DNA of 62,192 nt, counting the filler, from Choristocarpus tenellus KU-1152 (taxonomy: Eukaryota > Protista > Phaeophyceae), in the NCBI GenBank assembly GCA_964200185.2. It is 9 parts of 9 records of this genome, joined end to end, with 100 filler letters (N's around TTAATTAATTAA, not from the genome) between each part and the next. Parts side by side here need not be neighbours in the genome. Positions count along the whole stretch, not along the records: positions 1 to 6,256 come from CAXNAD020008556.1; positions 6,357 to 10,820 come from CAXNAD020014427.1; positions 10,921 to 24,705 come from CAXNAD020001366.1; 6 more parts are not named here. One strand, given 5' to 3'. The notes under the pieces were generated by a model. That model made no database searches and was not told the origin of the DNA. It saw nothing but the letters and a program-made list of their open reading frames with translations. A program made the position numbers and the translations under genes. Shown one piece after another: positions 1-12,999 of this stretch. How positions within the stretch are numbered: the stretch's first letter is position 1; the number at the start of each line of letters is the position of its first letter.

Positions 1-958
1 AGAACCACTCCGATTCTGACCGATCCATTTCTTTGCTGTGACGTTGCTCAGTCATTCGGGAACGTCTGTTGTGTTTTAAGGTTTTTGGTCTGTAATGGAT
101 TTCCTGATCTGTTCTAAGATGTTGAGCCAAGGCCTTTGAAACTCGGTCTCACCCTCTGAGGTGAACGAGTTTCAGTCCGGTGATTGTGATTGCCCCCTTG
201 AGCAGAGAACTTGGCACCTTTGACACTTCCACAGTTAGTACATTTTGGGAATCGCCTCCTACATAAACTTTATCATCCCATAACTTTTGATCACTAACGA
301 TTTTTTTCATGAAAATTCGTTTGCTGTAATCCCATCAGCATGCTAAACCTTATTTGACCATCGTGAGAAGTACAGGACAAACTTGAATCAAATATTCCGC
401 GCGCGTTGCCACGCGGAGTGCGCGAACCTAGCATTCGAGGATGTTTTCGACGCCAGAAGAGGCCATCATTACCCAGAGAACATGGACGTTGTTGTCTCTC
501 CATTTTCTTTCCATTATTTCCTGTTTATGCTATGTTGTCACCTGCCGACTAAGGCTCACTCGTGGGGGCCCAGGCCTCTGATCCAGACAATCCATGCCAA
601 GTCAAATGAGGTATTCTTAAGGTGCAGGCCTCCTGTGAGACTTAGATGTCTTGCACACCCTGTCCAATTTGGTGCACTCCATGCCTTTCTCGTTGGAATA
701 CATCAGGTGTTAAGCAATACTCATCCTGAAGAGCCTCTACATAATTACTCTGGTCAGCCCTCCTTCCTCGTTAAGGCTGACAGGAATGTTGGCTCGCATT
801 CCAGGCAACGTGTAGCCCCAGATCATCTCTATCGGATTCAATTCAAAGTGTGTTGTAAAGGGTAGGCGAGAACTTGGAGGTCATTGGGCGTCACAGTGTC
901 GTGTGAGTAGCTTAAACAGTATTAAGCCGAGGTCCGCCCACGTACCGTTTTGGCGGTT

Positions 959-1260
959 ACCAATCTTGATTTTTTTGAAAAGGTTGGCCAACGAGTTAAT
1001 CAACGATCAGTATATCAAATGAAAGGTCTGGATCTAGGCTATCGATTCTCGCAAAGGAATTCTTTCGGAAAAATGTTTTTGATCGTGATAATTCATTCCG
1101 AAACACTTTCAAGGTTGTACCGAAAGCATTCGGTTAAAATTTAACCTTACAAAAATATTTTTCCGAAAGAATTCCTTTCCAGAAATCGATAGCTTATATC
1201 AGGAGCTTTCATTCGATATGTTGATCGTTGGGCAACCTTTTCAAAAAAATTAAGACCGGT
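959..1260. mobile_element. Foldback/MITE-like imperfect palindrome (~300 bp)
   Basis: 959-1082 (accaatcttgatttttttgaaaaggttggccaacg...aaggaattctttcggaaaaatgttttt) is the near reverse complement of ~1150-1260. The centre also pairs (ccgaaacactttc / gaaagcattcgg). No coding capacity is evident. Confidence 0.75.
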
Positions 1261-4200
1261 CTGATCCTAGAAGTGACTGCCAACAACACTATGTGCGCCC
1301 TAAAGAAATAAATATATCACAACTGTCAATAACATTTATGTATTTCTTATTTCATTACTATGTTGTACCACTGCCTTCCTGCGCCTCCAATCTACCTATT
1401 ATTCCTGTGCCTCAGGATGAGGACCTAGGGAGGCATCCCAAGAATCCAACAAACACCTCCGTGCCCATCTCCCTGGTGACTCCAAGTTAAAACGCATGAC
1501 ACGTCTAGACAGTGCCACTAGCGTAGTTAGAGACAATTCGGCGTAGCCGGGTCCATCAAAACATTTTCACCTATCACCTCACTGTAGAATTGACAAAATG
1601 AGGTGGAAGTAGGAGGTATGGGGACATTTAAAGATGCTGAAAAAGATCTGGTCCAAATCGGGAAAAATGTGTTTTTGTGACGACGATCATTTCTGTCAAA
1701 ATGAGCAAATCTTATATGAATTGGAAATTAAGCAGTGGTCATGTTTTGGTGGGTGTTTCGTAGAGGTCCATCTGATCTTGTCCAAATCGCAAACAACAAC
1801 CGTCCCGAGGAAATCAAAGGAGTAGTTAAATTAAGGGAGTGCAGGGTCCAATGCAGTAATGGACAGGCTAGGAGGAGATACGTTCGTATGATAGTCGTGC
1901 TCTGTTCTGGCGTTGTTTCATCATTGTGTATATGTTGGTTATTTGTGCGTTCCTCTCTCTCGTGATGATGATATGTATCGCACAGGCAGGAGGGCGGCCA
2001 AGACCTGCTCTTGGGAGGGACGGGTCGCGACTTACGTGATATTATTCAGCATATACATACCACACTAGAAGCAAAAATAGTTCAACAGTGGTAGTAGTAG
2101 TAGTAGTAGTATTAGTAATATAGGTAGATAGCAGTTGATCATTCTAAAATGATGCATTCGTACGTTTACTATAGATTGCCTCCTTGCGCTTGTTGTGTGG
2201 GTGTTGGGTAGTCAGAAATGAAGTTGGTTAATGATGGATACATATCGTGCAACAAGCCATGAATGACTTTGCCAATGGTGTCTGTGGTCAACAACTGTTG
2301 TTTAGTGAAGTGATCTGTTTCTCTTGGTCAGCACTAATTACTTAGCTCATGTCTTGCTTTCTGCGTTCGCTCCTCTCTGTCTGACAATATATTTTCTCAT
2401 GGGCAAAATTATGTCGCCTGTGTGTATCATAATGACGATTGCATCTACTACACGAATACAAATCGAACAAGAAATTTTCTCAATTGAGAACTGAATCATC
2501 TAAACGACTTAAGGATGAACACACGAACACTGCATGTATTTAATCATTCTTTGTCTTGTGAGACGCACGATGATATGATGAAGTGCAGAAAGGATCGATC
2601 GATTATCTGTCTTGAGCCAAACCAATTGAGAGGCAGGCAAGTTTGGACCCTTTTGCATTCCAAGCCATCTTTCTCAACCTTGTGCAATACGCTCAATTTA
2701 ATTGGCTTTAGTGTACGCAAATTGATATCCCCCCTTTCTGCCCTCAAAGTGACAACGCAATTCAGCAAATGCTCTTTTTACAATGTGCAAAATAACGTCT
2801 TCTTGCCTTTTATCGAGATCCTTCGGAGTGCAAAAAACAGCACAGGTTGACACAGGACATCAGGGGTTACCACAACCCCCCTCCAACAATAAACATCAAC
2901 ATCAGCGCTGAGTGAGGAGGCTTTGGCATGCCTTTTAATGCTGACAGATTGGGTGCAGGTGTACAAAACTGCACGAGACTTAGGCCTCATATCAACAGCC
3001 TCGTCACCAGCGATATACTATCTATGACGAAACTTCATTTCAGTTCCGTCAAGCAAAACTCAACAGCAAAAAAAAATAGTCTAGGAAATCTGATTATGGG
3101 TTTCAATATCCCACTCTGACCTCAAAAATTATTCTGTTGAACATGTTTATGGAGCCACAATCCACATCCCACCATGCATTGTTCTTGTTCATAGCAATGT
3201 GCATCGCTTCAAAAGGCCCTTACCTCGTGGAGCTCAATGTTGCAATAATATCAGGTTTGTGTGTGTGCATACAATATACTATACTGTGACGATTGATTGG
3301 TTGGTGTTGGTCTTTGATGCCCAGGAGTACTTGTAACGAGATGGATATCATGAAGAAAAAATAATATGTTGACTTCAGACACATCTGGATTCATCATGAG
3401 GGTATGGCCTGCCCGTGTATGGTTGTATGGGATGGAGGGAGCTCTATTGAAACTGATGCTGTGTGTTGTTTGTATTCTACATAGTACCTCCAACGAGAGT
3501 TATGTTCAATCTATGCATACGTGTGTTCTGTGCTTTGATTTGAAGGCGTTCATTGTAAAATAATCTGTAGGAGTAGTTAAGGACGAAACTGGTGATATTC
3601 GTGCGTTCAACTACCAGTAGAGCAGTCTTTAAGAACACAGATGAGAGATCACGGAGTATTGGACACCAATCTGAAGTTAGTACTACTCTAAAAAATACAG
3701 AACAATACAGAGGGAGATGTACACATTTCCAATATTTAATATACGTACTACTGCTACTTAGGGACAAGCGATGGCGATGTCACTGCTTGGTCAGGAGGGT
3801 GGTCTGGTGAGGTGTAGAGTGTTCATACATGTAATCGACTTAAATGGCGTGGATGTCAAGCAAGACTACTTTACAATCAGAAGACAATTTGTATTTTGTT
3901 CAACTCTTCTTGAAAATAAAACTGAGATTGTATGCCTTACTAAAATTGATTATGTTTCAACAGAAGAAATGCAAGAAAAGAAGAAGATTCTTTCTAATTT
4001 AACTTGCAAAATATCTATAAAATTTCTATGCCAAGGTATTGACATTGGTTTCAAGAAAGCGCACTTTGATAGGGCATTTTTGAAATGAACTTCCCCCATA
4101 TAAAATCCAAACCATGGGGCTGCTCTATGTATGATGTTAATTGGAATAGAGAAAGGGTAGGAAGCGTAAGGTCGAAATATGGCCTATAAACAGTCATAGA

Positions 4201-6182
4201 GATATTATTGATTGTTTAGCTATTACACATTCTCAGTATAGAATGATAGGTACAATTCAAAACAATTAGTTTTAAAACTATTGGATAATACCTTGCAACC
4301 TAGATTTAAACTTTGGGCATATATTACTGTTTATGCATGTAAGCATTTAAGAGCTAGACAATGTGAATGAGACTCAAGTCTAATTAATGAATTTTGACTT
4401 GCTAGAACCGAAGTAAGTACTTGTGGTACTACAATGAATGGTACAGATATTCTTAGAATGATGGATTCTTTTCGGACTTGTTGGCGTTACTAACATTATT
4501 ACACACACAGTGTGCGGGTTGTCGGTATGGCGGTACCTCCAATGTTGCATCCAGAATGTTCTTATCATGCGTGATGTTCAGTGAAAATATGTATATATTT
4601 TTTTTATTGGTTTTCCCCTTGACACATCTGTAAAATGTCAGAGGGCACAATAATACATGAATATTATATTTTATAATAGTATCTGCTGGTCGCGTGTAAC
4701 ACTCCTGCTACTACTGCACTGTGTTTAGTAATCACGTTGAACGATATACAGCATGCAGTCTGGAGTTTCTGTGAGTTACCAAATGTACTACTACTACAAT
4801 AAGGTGATAGCCTTTTTTCATAGTGTTGGTCTTGGGCCTCTCCCATTCTCCTCTCTCATTCCTCTCCAACAAAACACCCTCTCTATCCTCTGTCCCTTCG
4901 TTGTTACTATGCTTGGTTTGTTGTTGTAGTGTTATAAATCATTTTTGTAGCAGTAGTAATTGTAGTGCTAGAAATAATTGTACACCGGCAGAACTTCAAC
5001 GACAGAGCGGAAAGGAGAAAGGAGGTATGCATGCACCACACAACATAACTGACAAAAATATCGTCACGGAGTGGGATAGGTACACCACCAAAACGTGGTC
5101 ACCTCCATCCGCCTTAATTTGGAGCAGAGTGTACACATACACATGTGCATGATGCGGTTCCAGAGTGGGACATATTTCGATGAGCTCCACACCAGAGACA
5201 AACTACACCATGCATCAGAAATTCCAATTTTATTCCCTCCAACAACAGAACCGAATGTGCTAGAAAATTTCATTTCTAGCACATCTCACTCTGGATTTGA
5301 ACGAGTCACTCAGAGTTCCAAAAGATTTTTTAAGTGCTACTGTCTGTTGAAGCAAGGTATACAATGCATCCTCCATACTTTCATGTGTATATTTTGTCAC
5401 AAATCCCACGAGTCATATGAAAACTGTTAACCTGTGATACACTTGTAGTGTAATAATCGCCCTCAATGATCCAGTGAGTCAAAGTAAACAGGAGGTACAC
5501 AGGTACACAAGAAGTGAAAAGTGCAAAATGGACGGCACCTAGAACACACATCGAACTTGCAGAGCACCCCCCCCCCCCCAAAAAAAAGAGTTGCATTTTA
5601 AGGTTGCTGTCAAATATATGCAAACTTGGACTTTTTTTCTAAAAAGGTGTATAGGATCTATATATCTTTATCGGAAAGTTACAAACAGTACAGATATCAA
5701 CCCCCCAGTTCAAACTCAACACTTCATCCCTGGAAATATGGTAGGATTCCAAAAGAGTGACAACTTGCTTGTATGCGAAACGATCAAAAACTGGGTACCT
5801 CTTGTTTACATCTGCTATTTTATGCTACTATTTTGACAGTTGGATGCTTACTCTTACTAGAAGGTTGAGATTCTGTGTGCTACTGCGCAGAACTGCTTCT
5901 GGTCCATCTTGGAAAAGGAGATGATATCGATATGATTTCGGAAAGAAAATGATATCGATATGATACGAAACTAAGATAAGAGACCAAAGAGGTAGATTTT
6001 TCGGCCATTTTCAAAATTTTGACATTTCTTCTGTTATGGGGGAACTGCAGTGCCTAATAACTTGTGGGTGAAATGAACGGGTAGCTTTAAGGTTCTTTCG
6101 TGTGGGTGTAACTGACGAATATTCACACCGAGTAGGATAAAGAAGTCGTCCAGTCGTGCATGAGCTGAAATGTACACTTTGC

Positions 6183-6376
6183 GACCCAAAGTATCTGGGA
6201 GGGGGGGGGGTCTACACCAGGGTGTCCATTTTGACCAAAATCAGGAAAAGTGCATTNNNNNNNNNNNNNNNNNNNNNNNNNNNNNNNNNNNNNNNNNNNN
6301 TTAATTAATTAANNNNNNNNNNNNNNNNNNNNNNNNNNNNNNNNNNNNNNNNNNNNCCCCAGATACTTTGAGCCTG
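6183..6376. repeat. MITE-like element copy 1 (inverted ends, interrupted by assembly spacer)
   Basis: Left end gacccaaagtatctgggagggggg...gtgtccattttg; right end ccccagatactttgagcc after the spacer. Confidence 0.5.
6257..6356. other. Artificial contig spacer N44-TTAATTAATTAA-N44 (also 10821-10920, 24706-24805, 45446-45545, 49628-49727, 52681-52780, 55473-55572, 58909-59008)
   Basis: The identical 100-nt spacer occurs eight times. TTAATTAATTAA puts stops in all six frames. Flanks are often poly-G/C tracts. Confidence 0.97.
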
Positions 6377-6820
6377 ATAAGTAGGAAATATATGCATTTG
6401 AAAACAGGAAACCAACACCATACACCGAATACTCTGGTGTATTTGAAAACGAGAAATGTCGTGAATCTTAGACTAATCTATGCTGCTAGCACCTCAAGTA
6501 AAACGCACTTCCAAAGGAGGAAGCAACTAGTCAGCTTTAGTGCGAACAGAAGACTGAGCAATAAATGATTATGGTGGTGGCTGTTTTCTGTTTTTCGTTG
6601 TTGACTTGCTGTCATGGCAATACCTTGCTCATTGTAACTGCGATTAGTAATACGACAAGAAACAGTACCCACAAAATCCGCAAATTCGTTTTTTTTTTAC
6701 AAATAATGTATTGAGGGTATTTTCTGAATTGCGTCAAAATTTTTCAATCAACAGCGAAATAAACGCTCTCAAGTGTCAACCTTTGAACTTTATCCATAGA
6801 AATCTGGATGAACTTCGTAA

Positions 6821-7001
6821 GACCCAAAGTATCTGTGGGGAGGGGGGGGTTCTACACCAGGGTGTCCATTTGGGCCATGACCAGGAATAGTGCACATACA
6901 ATGTCTATCTAACATATGCAAACAAATCACACAAAAATCGCGACATGAAAAAAATTACCCCAAATGGACAGTCGCTACCCCCCCCCCAGATAATTTGAGC
7001 C
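6821..7001. repeat. MITE-like element copy 2
   Basis: Left end gacccaaagtatctgtgggg...gtgtccatttggg; inverted right end cccaaatggacag...cccccccagataatttgagc. Confidence 0.6.
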
Positions 7002-7811
7002 TAAGATTGAAAAGCAGACTTCAAACACAACACTGCCACCATGACTGCCCATATTCCGCTTGCCTATTAGGAATTGCAAAATGGGGTAGAGGTGGTGTTC
7101 TTTGTTGTGAAAGGCCCTGTTGACAGCACGTTCAGGCGGCAGTACTCTGGGCTGGGTGTTTCCCACCTGCTGTTTCCTCTGAAGCATTCATCCCTGTCTT
7201 CTCCTTTCTGTGGTCCTTGAAAGTTTTCATGTTTGGTGTTTTGAGCAAGTGCAAGACAGGGCCTTGTTATGAGACCTTTTTCTGCTGGACTCCTGAATGG
7301 CACTGTCAGGATGCACCTTTGGTGGTAGCTTGCATGTATGAACATCAATAGTGCTATACATGAACACTGGCATATGTGGTGCTATCCACAGGGATATTGC
7401 CAAGGGCGAAAGCTCTTCATAATTGGGTATATTCTTTTTGTGCTGTACTGTGTGTGTGTGTTCTGGCGTTTATGTGTGTGACTCTTCCCCCCTACCTCTT
7501 AATGAACTCATCTCCCGCACTGCCAACAATCTGGTCTCTGCTCACTTCCTCAACTCCCGGCTGCCCTGCTGTGTACAGCGTGGCCATGCACAATGCCAGA
7601 ACCCAACAACAATGGAAACCCCATATGAAAAATAGCAGAAATTATCAGGCAAAACAGTTGGTATGCCAGTGTGCGCATGTGAATTGCTTTTGGATGTTAG
7701 AATTTGTAATATTTGAATAAAAATATCAAATCCTTTTTGTTTTCATTGCTGTATTCCAATTTTTTTATTGCTCATGCCATGGAAATATTGTGTCAACCTA
7801 AGATGTAACTA

Positions 7812-8060
7812 CCAAGTTCAAGTATCTTAGAGGGTACGAGTTTTGACCTGTTAGTCCATTTGGGACTTGGCTTCCCTTGGGTTCGTTTATGACATTTTTT
7901 CTACTCCAAAATGTTTAGGAGTAGGTAAAGGGAATATGTTCTGAAAGGTGTGTCCAGAACATGGATATTGACACTTCCGATAGCCAAAATTGCATCAAAA
8001 CCGCAACATTGAAATTAGTCCCAAAATGGACACGGCTCTACTCTCTAAGACACATTAGCT
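7812..8060. repeat. MITE-like element copy 3 (diverged)
   Basis: caagtatcttagagggta...gtccatttgggact pairs with agtcccaaaatggacac...ctctctaagacac. The same end motif recurs at ~52800-52850 and ~55423-55470. Confidence 0.5.
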
Positions 8061-11000
8061 CTACCTTTCATTCACCCACAACATAGTATCAATTGCAATG
8101 GCAGGAGCTTTATGTATCGAGTTTATTCTCTTTCTTCCTTAGTGATATTTTAAGAACCAGAGTAGCCGTTTCTTAATTGCTTGATAAAGCATTCACATTT
8201 TCAATATTTACATACACATATAAATACATCGTGTACAGGTTACGAATCAACTACTACAAAAATCTATACACGTGTTGAAGCACAACTAGACACGCCTAAT
8301 AAGCACACACACACACACTGACCTCTAATACCGCAGGAACACATAAATTAGAAAACGCCTCACATAGTCACACAAAACCCAGCAGATAAAATGATGAACA
8401 ATAACAATAATGGACATACAATAAAACATCCACTCCCACCCTCTACATATACACGTAAATATGTGAGTATACGTGTGAAATGCGTGGCAATATAGTATTG
8501 TATCTATGACTGAATCTATCTTTGCTGACTGTACCATGTCCTTTGTGTGGAAGGTGTGTTGAAGACAAACAGGTGCCCCACCATTCTTTTCAATGATCGA
8601 TTGCCAACATGCCCTAGAGTTGAGCATATGGTTCTCCAGGTGCCAGGGATTTTGTGAGTTGTGGATAGTGACTGAAGGGATGGAGTTCTAAGAATATGGT
8701 CAGGCTTAGGTTTAGGGTTAGGATGACATGAAGCAATAAAGTGTGGGTAAGGGATAGGGGCTCCTGTTAGGTTAATTTTTCCTTAGTTATGTTGGTGTTC
8801 ACAGTCTTGTTCACTGAATGGAGACACGTTGAGCTGTCAAATACAGCTAAGGACTCCAAAGACTGAACAAGGCACTGTTTGGAATGTTTGAGGGTATTGT
8901 ATGTAGACAGTAAACAAGGCAGAAAGACAAAATCGAAAAGTTGAATCTATTATAGAACCAAAAAAGAATATACATTCCATCTGCATGTCTTTGTATTGGG
9001 TTCTTGATCCTCCTCCTCCATCCTCGGAAGAATTACAAATCTACTGTATCTACCTTTGCTCTTACTCATGCAACTTAACATACTTAATATTCACATACAT
9101 GCATGGTTATTTATATACACACACATGCATACATACATACATATATACACACAATGAGATGGAGGTGAGTCTTCCAGGAGCAATCCAAGGACTGACCCTT
9201 TCCTCAACAGTGTAGGTCCAGTGGTCCCGATTCAAAATACACATACACTTGTGATCCATCAACAGTGCCAGAGACATCGGCACGAACCCGAGACACAGGG
9301 CAATAAAAAAAAAATATGTAAAATAGAACCCATCCTAGTCTTCTTCATCTTCTTTGTCTCTACCCAATCCTCCAAAGAGTCACATCCGACTGCTGCCCTC
9401 CCCCCATGCAGCACCATCTCTGGACCCTCTCCCACTGCCCCAAAGGAGGACAATTGAGAACTCCTTGAGTTACACAACCAATTGCAGCTGCACCAGGCAT
9501 GGATATAGCCCCTCTCCTCCCTCATGTACAGCCCCAGATCTCCGCCTCCCCAGAAACCTTGTCCTAGCCTCATGTAATGCAGACCCAAAGACTCTCAAAT
9601 CACACTTCCTTAGACAACAGACACCTTGTAGGTTGTACTCAAGGAAGATAGTATTGCCGGTGCTTTCATCCCCCTGCCAGCCCTCCACTCTCCCAACACT
9701 TATCCGTATCCCTGCTGCCCAGGGCGGGTCACTGTTCATGCTCCTCCCCAGAGAAGTGAAGTGGACTCTGCTCCTACTCCTTCAGTGCCTACACAACCGC
9801 CAGTGTATCTGTTGGAACACCCTTGAATGATGGTTGACCTGGTTGAAGATGTGGTGAGGCATGACCTATGTCACCAAATACACCTAATGCAGAGGGAATA
9901 GAAGGCTTTTGTAGAGGCATGCAGGCAGGAAGATAGCGCAAAACACACACACACACGTGGTGAGGGTTAGGGGTTTTGAAATATATGATCAAAGGCATAT
10001 ATTAAAGGTATCTGGGTGGACGGGGTTGGGTACCTCCCAGATAAGACAATACCAGAAGTGCTTCTGGATACCACAACAATTGTTATGAATCGTATTGATG
10101 GAAGTACAAATTGGAGTGACACCTTGAAGGTGTTTGAAGTGCTTGACACCTCTTATAACAATTCCTGCCCCCAACCGCCCTCCACCGTTGGCACCATTGG
10201 ATGTTTCTCCCATGTTTCCACCTGGTCCACAAATGACATATCCATCACAAGGCACGCTGCCAGGTGAGGGGGGCGGGGAGGGGCGAGGGTGAAGCAACCG
10301 ATTGCATTGCTTATGGAGAAAGAGTTTGGCTCACGCTTCCAGTGCTTAGGGTCTTCTGGTCATGGATAACTTCTGTGGCAAGTATAACACACCTTTTGGG
10401 GGTCTTACTGCAATGAAAAAATATCTGTTCTCTGCACATATCCACCCTGCACAATCCCTGCTGCATGGTATTGCATGGATCCTTGGCTGCCAGCAGTCTT
10501 GAATGTGAACAACTGGGAGGTGAGGGGGTTATTGCTGGAAATATACTTGGCATGCATCTCACCAAAGTCAAATGTTCTTCTACCCAACAATCTACTGTCA
10601 GTGGGTTGACTTAAAGGGAACAGTGGCTCCCACCTACAGCTGTCAACGCAATAGTATTGAGGAATGCACCAGTGCCTGCTCCTTGAGTGCCTTACACACA
10701 TATCTTCTTGTGAGGCTTGTTGCATACCTTGGGACAACTGGCACCCTCCCCACCCCCCAGCGACTCAGTCACAGTGTCACCTCCAACTACAGGCCCAGCA
10801 GCAGACCTGTCCCCCTGCCCNNNNNNNNNNNNNNNNNNNNNNNNNNNNNNNNNNNNNNNNNNNNTTAATTAATTAANNNNNNNNNNNNNNNNNNNNNNNN
10901 NNNNNNNNNNNNNNNNNNNNTTTCCCCCGCCCAGGCCCGGGGCAAAGGGGGTTTTTTTTGGGGGGGGGGGGGAGGGGGGGGTATGGGGGAGGGAATAGGG

Positions 11001-12999
11001 AGTGACATTGATAGATAGTTGCATGTCTTGTGTGTCAAAATGGGGTATACTTTGTGCGGAAGTGGTGGTGGGGAGGTGTTTTGCTTATTTTGGGGGCGAT
11101 GTCCATGCTTCGAATTGTTACATGAAATAGGTTTTTGCTGCCAAGCATGTGTCGTTAGTTCAGTTTTTACCATCATTGTGGGTAGCAGTAGTCTTCTTGT
11201 GGATCAGTCACAGGGTACTTTTAAGTGAAACGATATTTTTTGTTTTTGGAAGAACAGGACGTAGAGTGATAGGCAGACGTGATACTCTGTAGAATGCTAT
11301 TATTGGGCTCTCTGATTTTCAAGTTATGTTGCATACTATTAGTATTTGAGCTAGTATGGCAGGAACCTCAGTTATAGGCTTGCAGATACAGGCAATAAGT
11401 ACAAAGGAGTAGATAAAATGGGTAGTGGGAGAATTGAATTTCTCAAGCCAAGAAGAGATGGAAGCAAGAGGTTGGCCACTACTGCATTTTTTGGTTTCTA
11501 GAGCTAGCTGTCTAGAGGTCTATATAGTCACCTAGTACATAGTGAATAGGTAGATACACTTACGAGCCATAAACCACAATGAAAATGGAGCTTAATATTA
11601 ACTAGCTTCACAGTGATCCTCGACTTACAAAGAAGTGATACATTTAATGTATCTGGAAGAGGGGTGTGAACGATAATGAAGTCGTTTGTGTTCATTTGAT
11701 GCTCTATCTTTGCTTTCATTGGCCCCTTGTTATGTCAAGAGTTGAGAATGACGATTTCCACACTCCTCTTTTTTATTGCACGCCTTTCCATCATGAAGAA
11801 CAATGCTATTGCCACTTTTATCACCCTTTCAAACATTTGATACTGTTTTTACCGTCTATCAGATAGAACTTGGAGGATGACATTCAAAGCTGCTGTATCA
11901 GAATGCCAATGACAAAAATTCTATCCTACCTCACCTCTTTGTTCTATATACATTCCTTCCTTAGGAAGGGAAGGCCACCCAATCTATTTGTTACACAGTC
12001 TGACTCTGGCATATTACCAAAGGACTGAGTTTAAGTTGTGAAAGTCGAGGATTTTTTTTTTTGCTTTTGCTTACTCTATTCACTCAGTTATTAGAACTGC
12101 AGTCCCTCACATGTGTGGGTAGTACCAGTTATATTTTTTTGAATTATGTACATCCTTGTCCAATCGTTACGCAGTATCCCATCTTACATACAGGGTGTTT
12201 CAGTTAGTTGATATTGTTGGACATCAGAATATACAGTACAGCGGGATGGCTTATGTTTCAACACTTTTCTGTTCATCAGGGGGATGCATATAGACTCTTT
12301 ACATACACGCAGTACAAATCTCATCCAATCATGACTCAGTATTCATCTGACACACAGTATACTCTAGACACCAAAGAGTGTTGACCTGGGTGTTTGATCT
12401 GGAATCTTTGCTATAGAGTGGAATGTCCAAACTACTCCAGATTATGTTTTACTAAGCCACGCAGAAGAGTATCTAAGCAACAAAAATGATACATTGAAAA
12501 CACAACATGTCAACTGCTCACCTTATGATGCTCCAAAATGTATTCTTTTTGAGGCATCCAGCCTATCCCAGAAGTGGTCCTGCTGTGCACCAACTTTCTT
12601 TGGCATCGCTAACAAATACAAGAATCAGCGTAACATAAGGCCCACTTACCACAACCATTCCACAAACACTACAAAGAAAAAGATATACGCAACACGTAGA
12701 TTAGGTTTGATCGTGTGCAAGAAGATACTAGGAGGCCAAATGTGTCCACCATCGAGGGACAAGCCACCAACCCTAACCCTATATACACTCAAACATACAC
12801 ACATACCTACGTGCACAAACATATTGGCGCCTTCCCTGCTGTCAACACAAGACAATCTCACCATACCACAAATAGGTGGCTCCTGCTACGGGACCTTGTG
12901 GGGCAATGCACGAAAGGTACACCCCCAATCTATGCTACACACACTATACACACGCACATAATAATTTTATAACCATGTAGCCGACGCGGTAGCATGAAT

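Noticed and set aside
1-900. 160-aa ORF 383-865 and neighbouring ORFs
   Set aside because: No recognisable motif or splice structure. Possibly decayed transposon sequence, but I cannot support a call.
8985-10820. Cluster of overlapping 70-160 aa ORFs
   Set aside because: Stops occur in all frames, and there are no family motifs or consistent exon boundaries.
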